Source: Candidatus Eiseniibacteriota bacterium (GTDB lineage: Bacteria; Eisenbacteria; RBG-16-71-46). Taken from it: a stretch of 64,000 bases of DNA. A program made the position numbers and the translations under genes. Below are positions 62,195 to 64,000 of the stretch, piece by piece (position 1 is the stretch's first letter; each line of letters begins with the position of its first letter). The notes beneath the pieces were generated by a model. It made no database searches and was not told the DNA's origin. It worked only from the letters and a program-made list of their open reading frames with translations. The stretch covers positions 512,001 to 576,000 of the forward strand of contig CAVSAC010000012.1 of the NCBI GenBank assembly GCA_963725865.1. Reading direction: 5' to 3'.

Positions 62195-62654
62195 CGCTGC
62201 GGCCCCCGCGCTTCTCCCACAGGGCGAACTCGCCCATCACCATGCCGCGGTCGACCGCCTTGAGCATGTCGTACAGCGTGAGGGCCGCGACCGTCACGGC
62301 CGTGAGCGCCTCCATCTCGACGCCGGTCCTCGCGCGGGTGGCGACCTGCGCCTCGATCGACACCGCGGAAGCCTCCTCGTCGAGGCGGAACGAGACCCGC
62401 ACGCTCTCCACCGGGATCGGGTGCGCGAGCGGGATGAGGTCCGCGGTGCGTTTGGCGGCCATCACGCCCGCCACGTGCGCGGTGGCGAGCACGTCGCCCT
62501 TGGGCGCGCGGCCGTCGCGGAGCAGCGCGAGCGTGTCGCGGTGCATGAACACCCGGCCGCGGGCGATGGCCACCCGGCGGGTGACGCGCTTGTCGCCCAC
62601 GTCGACCATCCGCACGCGACCCTGGGCGTCGAGATGCGAGAGCTTGCGAGGCAT
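62175..62654 (-). CDS. moaC: Cyclic pyranopterin monophosphate synthase
   Basis: LSHLD...[42 protein letters not shown]. Confidence 0.95.
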   Translation of the reverse strand: MPRKLSHLDAQGRVRMVDVGDKRVTRRVAIARGRVFMHRDTLALLRDGRAPKGDVLATAHVAGVMAAKRTADLIPLAHPIPVESVRVSFRLDEEASAVSIEAQVATRARTGVEMEALTAVTVAALTLYDMLKAVDRGMVMGEFALWEKRGGRSGGWSRT

Positions 62655-62660
62655 CGTGGC

Positions 62661-62692
62661 TTGACATTAGGAAGCGTCATTCCTAGTGTCAA
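62661..62692. promoter_or_regulatory. Palindromic bidirectional sigma-70 promoter or operator
   Basis: TTGACATTAGGAAGCGTCATTCCTAGTGTCAA reads TTGACA-N17-TAGTGT on plus and TTGACA-N17-TAATGT on minus. Confidence 0.7.
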
Positions 62693-62722
62693 TCGGCCTC
62701 GCGTCCGATGCGCGCGGAACCC

Positions 62723-63586
62723 ATGCACGACCAACCTCGACGCCTGCCCATCTCCACCCGACACGCGTTCGCACTGGCTCTCGACCTGGCCGTGCGACGC
62801 GATCCGCTCCATTCGCTGGTGGTGCCGCTGCTGCTGAGCACGCCGTGGAGCCTGGCGATCGCGATCCTGCCGCGGCCCTCCGAGTCGCAGTTCCCGGCGC
62901 TGGTGGTGCTCGCCTCGAGCGTGGCGCTGCTCGGGGACTTCCTGGTGTACCTGCTCATCACGGGCATGCTGCGCTTCCGCGCGCGCTCGGTCTTCAACAC
63001 CCCGCACGACCAGCTCCCGGCGCCCGCGTGGGAGTGCTACGCGCAGAGCGTCCGGCGCATCCCGTGGCTGTTCGTCACCGAGGTGGTGCGCAACCTGGCG
63101 CTGGCGGTGGGCGCGCTGTTCCTCGTGGTGCCCGCGGTCTTCCTCGGCTACCGCCTGTCGTTCGCGACCGAGGCCGTGGTGCTGACCGAACGCGACCTCG
63201 CGTCGTCGTTCCGGCGTTCGTTCCACATCACGCAGCGCCGCTTCGAGCGCTGGTTCGAGCTCATCCTGGGCTCGGGGCTGATGGTGCTCGGGGTGACGTT
63301 CGTGGTCGCGGTGCTGTCGGTGTTCGTGCCCGGTCCTTCGATGACGTTCTGGGCGGCGGCGCTGCGGCTGCTGTTCACGCTGATCACCCCGGTGATCCAG
63401 TACGGATGGACGTTCTTCTACCTGCGCCTGGTGGAGATCGACGAGCCCGGCGTCGAGGTCGGCCCGGCCTACGCCGCGGTGACTCCCGGCTGGTCGCCCG
63501 TGACCCGCAGCGCGCCTGCGCTCACGCTGGTCGAGCCCGCGGGCGGGGTTCCGGCGAGCCCAGCGGAGCGCGAACCCGACGCCTGA
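62723..63586 (+). CDS. Hypothetical multi-pass membrane protein (start at 62708 or 62723)
   Basis: About 5-6 hydrophobic segments; C-terminal FYLRL. Confidence 0.7.
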   Translation: MHDQPRRLPISTRHAFALALDLAVRRDPLHSLVVPLLLSTPWSLAIAILPRPSESQFPALVVLASSVALLGDFLVYLLITGMLRFRARSVFNTPHDQLPAPAWECYAQSVRRIPWLFVTEVVRNLALAVGALFLVVPAVFLGYRLSFATEAVVLTERDLASSFRRSFHITQRRFERWFELILGSGLMVLGVTFVVAVLSVFVPGPSMTFWAAALRLLFTLITPVIQYGWTFFYLRLVEIDEPGVEVGPAYAAVTPGWSPVTRSAPALTLVEPAGGVPASPAEREPDA

Positions 63587-63716
63587 CCCACCAGTCCGCC
63601 CGGCCGTCGGAGTGGCCTCCGTGCCGCGCCAGTCTTGCCTGGCCGTGGTCCCTGTGCCATCTTGAAACGGGCCACCCTCTCCTCTTATCTACGTCCGATC
63701 CGACGGGAGCCGAACC

Positions 63717-64000
63717 TTGTCCCCGACCTCCGACACGCGACGCCCCAATCGCGGCCTGCGCTCCTCGGGTCCGGCCACGGGCGCGTTCGCGGCCGACATC
63801 ATCGGGGCCAGTCCGCGGATGCAGCGGATCTTCCGGCTGGTCGCGCGGGTGGCGCCCACCGACAGCACCGTGCTCCTGGTGGGCGAGAGCGGGACGGGCA
63901 AGGAGCTGGTCGCCCGCTCCATCCACCTGCAGTCGCGGCGGGCCCAGGCGTCGTTCGTCCCGGTGAACGTGGGCGCGCTACCGGAATCCCTGGTGGAGAG
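63717..64000 (+). CDS. Sigma-54 enhancer-binding protein (AAA+), partial, runs off the window edge
   Basis: GGGAG then TTG at 63717; [12 protein letters not shown]...[25 protein letters not shown]...[15 protein letters not shown]. Confidence 0.88.
   Translation, partial: MSPTSDTRRPNRGLRSSGPATGAFAADIIGASPRMQRIFRLVARVAPTDSTVLLVGESGTGKELVARSIHLQSRRAQASFVPVNVGALPESLVE

Noticed and set aside
62655..62707. Moco riboswitch upstream of moaC
   Set aside because: The intergenic space is only about 50 bp and is occupied by the palindromic promoter.

Overview
Very GC-rich (roughly 70-75% by eye), gene-dense bacterial chromosomal segment. FlgD-Ig/T9SS-like C-terminal domains and a PorV-like barrel suggest an FCB-associated lineage such as Ca. 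Eisenbacteria; this is inference only. Contents in order: type IV pilus motor genes (pilT-pilB-pilC, minus strand); a divergent operon of two FN3 proteins and a PorV-like barrel with a Pro/Ala linker and a frameshifted LysM domain; a rearranged 2-oxoacid dehydrogenase cluster (E1beta, ABM, E2, prolyl oligopeptidase, E1alpha); mntR-mntH(USP); a CDF transporter; MacA/MacB-like genes; a secreted zinc metalloprotease; envelope-modification genes; an acyl-CoA ligase; a hairpin element plus a 48-bp tandem repeat; three XRE-cupin regulators; a heterodimeric ABC exporter; a D-2-hydroxyacid dehydrogenase, mobA and lysA; etfBA; nuoA-H and nuoJ-N with no nuoI; moaC-moeA; and the start of a sigma-54 activator. 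I recognised no rRNA, tRNA, CRISPR array or transposase. The most notable items are the FN3/PorV-LysM secretion-anchoring locus, the nuoI-less complex I operon whose NuoG keeps an extra 4Fe-4S motif, a palindromic bidirectional promoter, a probable ATC start codon and a MITE-like hairpin. All product calls come from motif recognition, not database searches.
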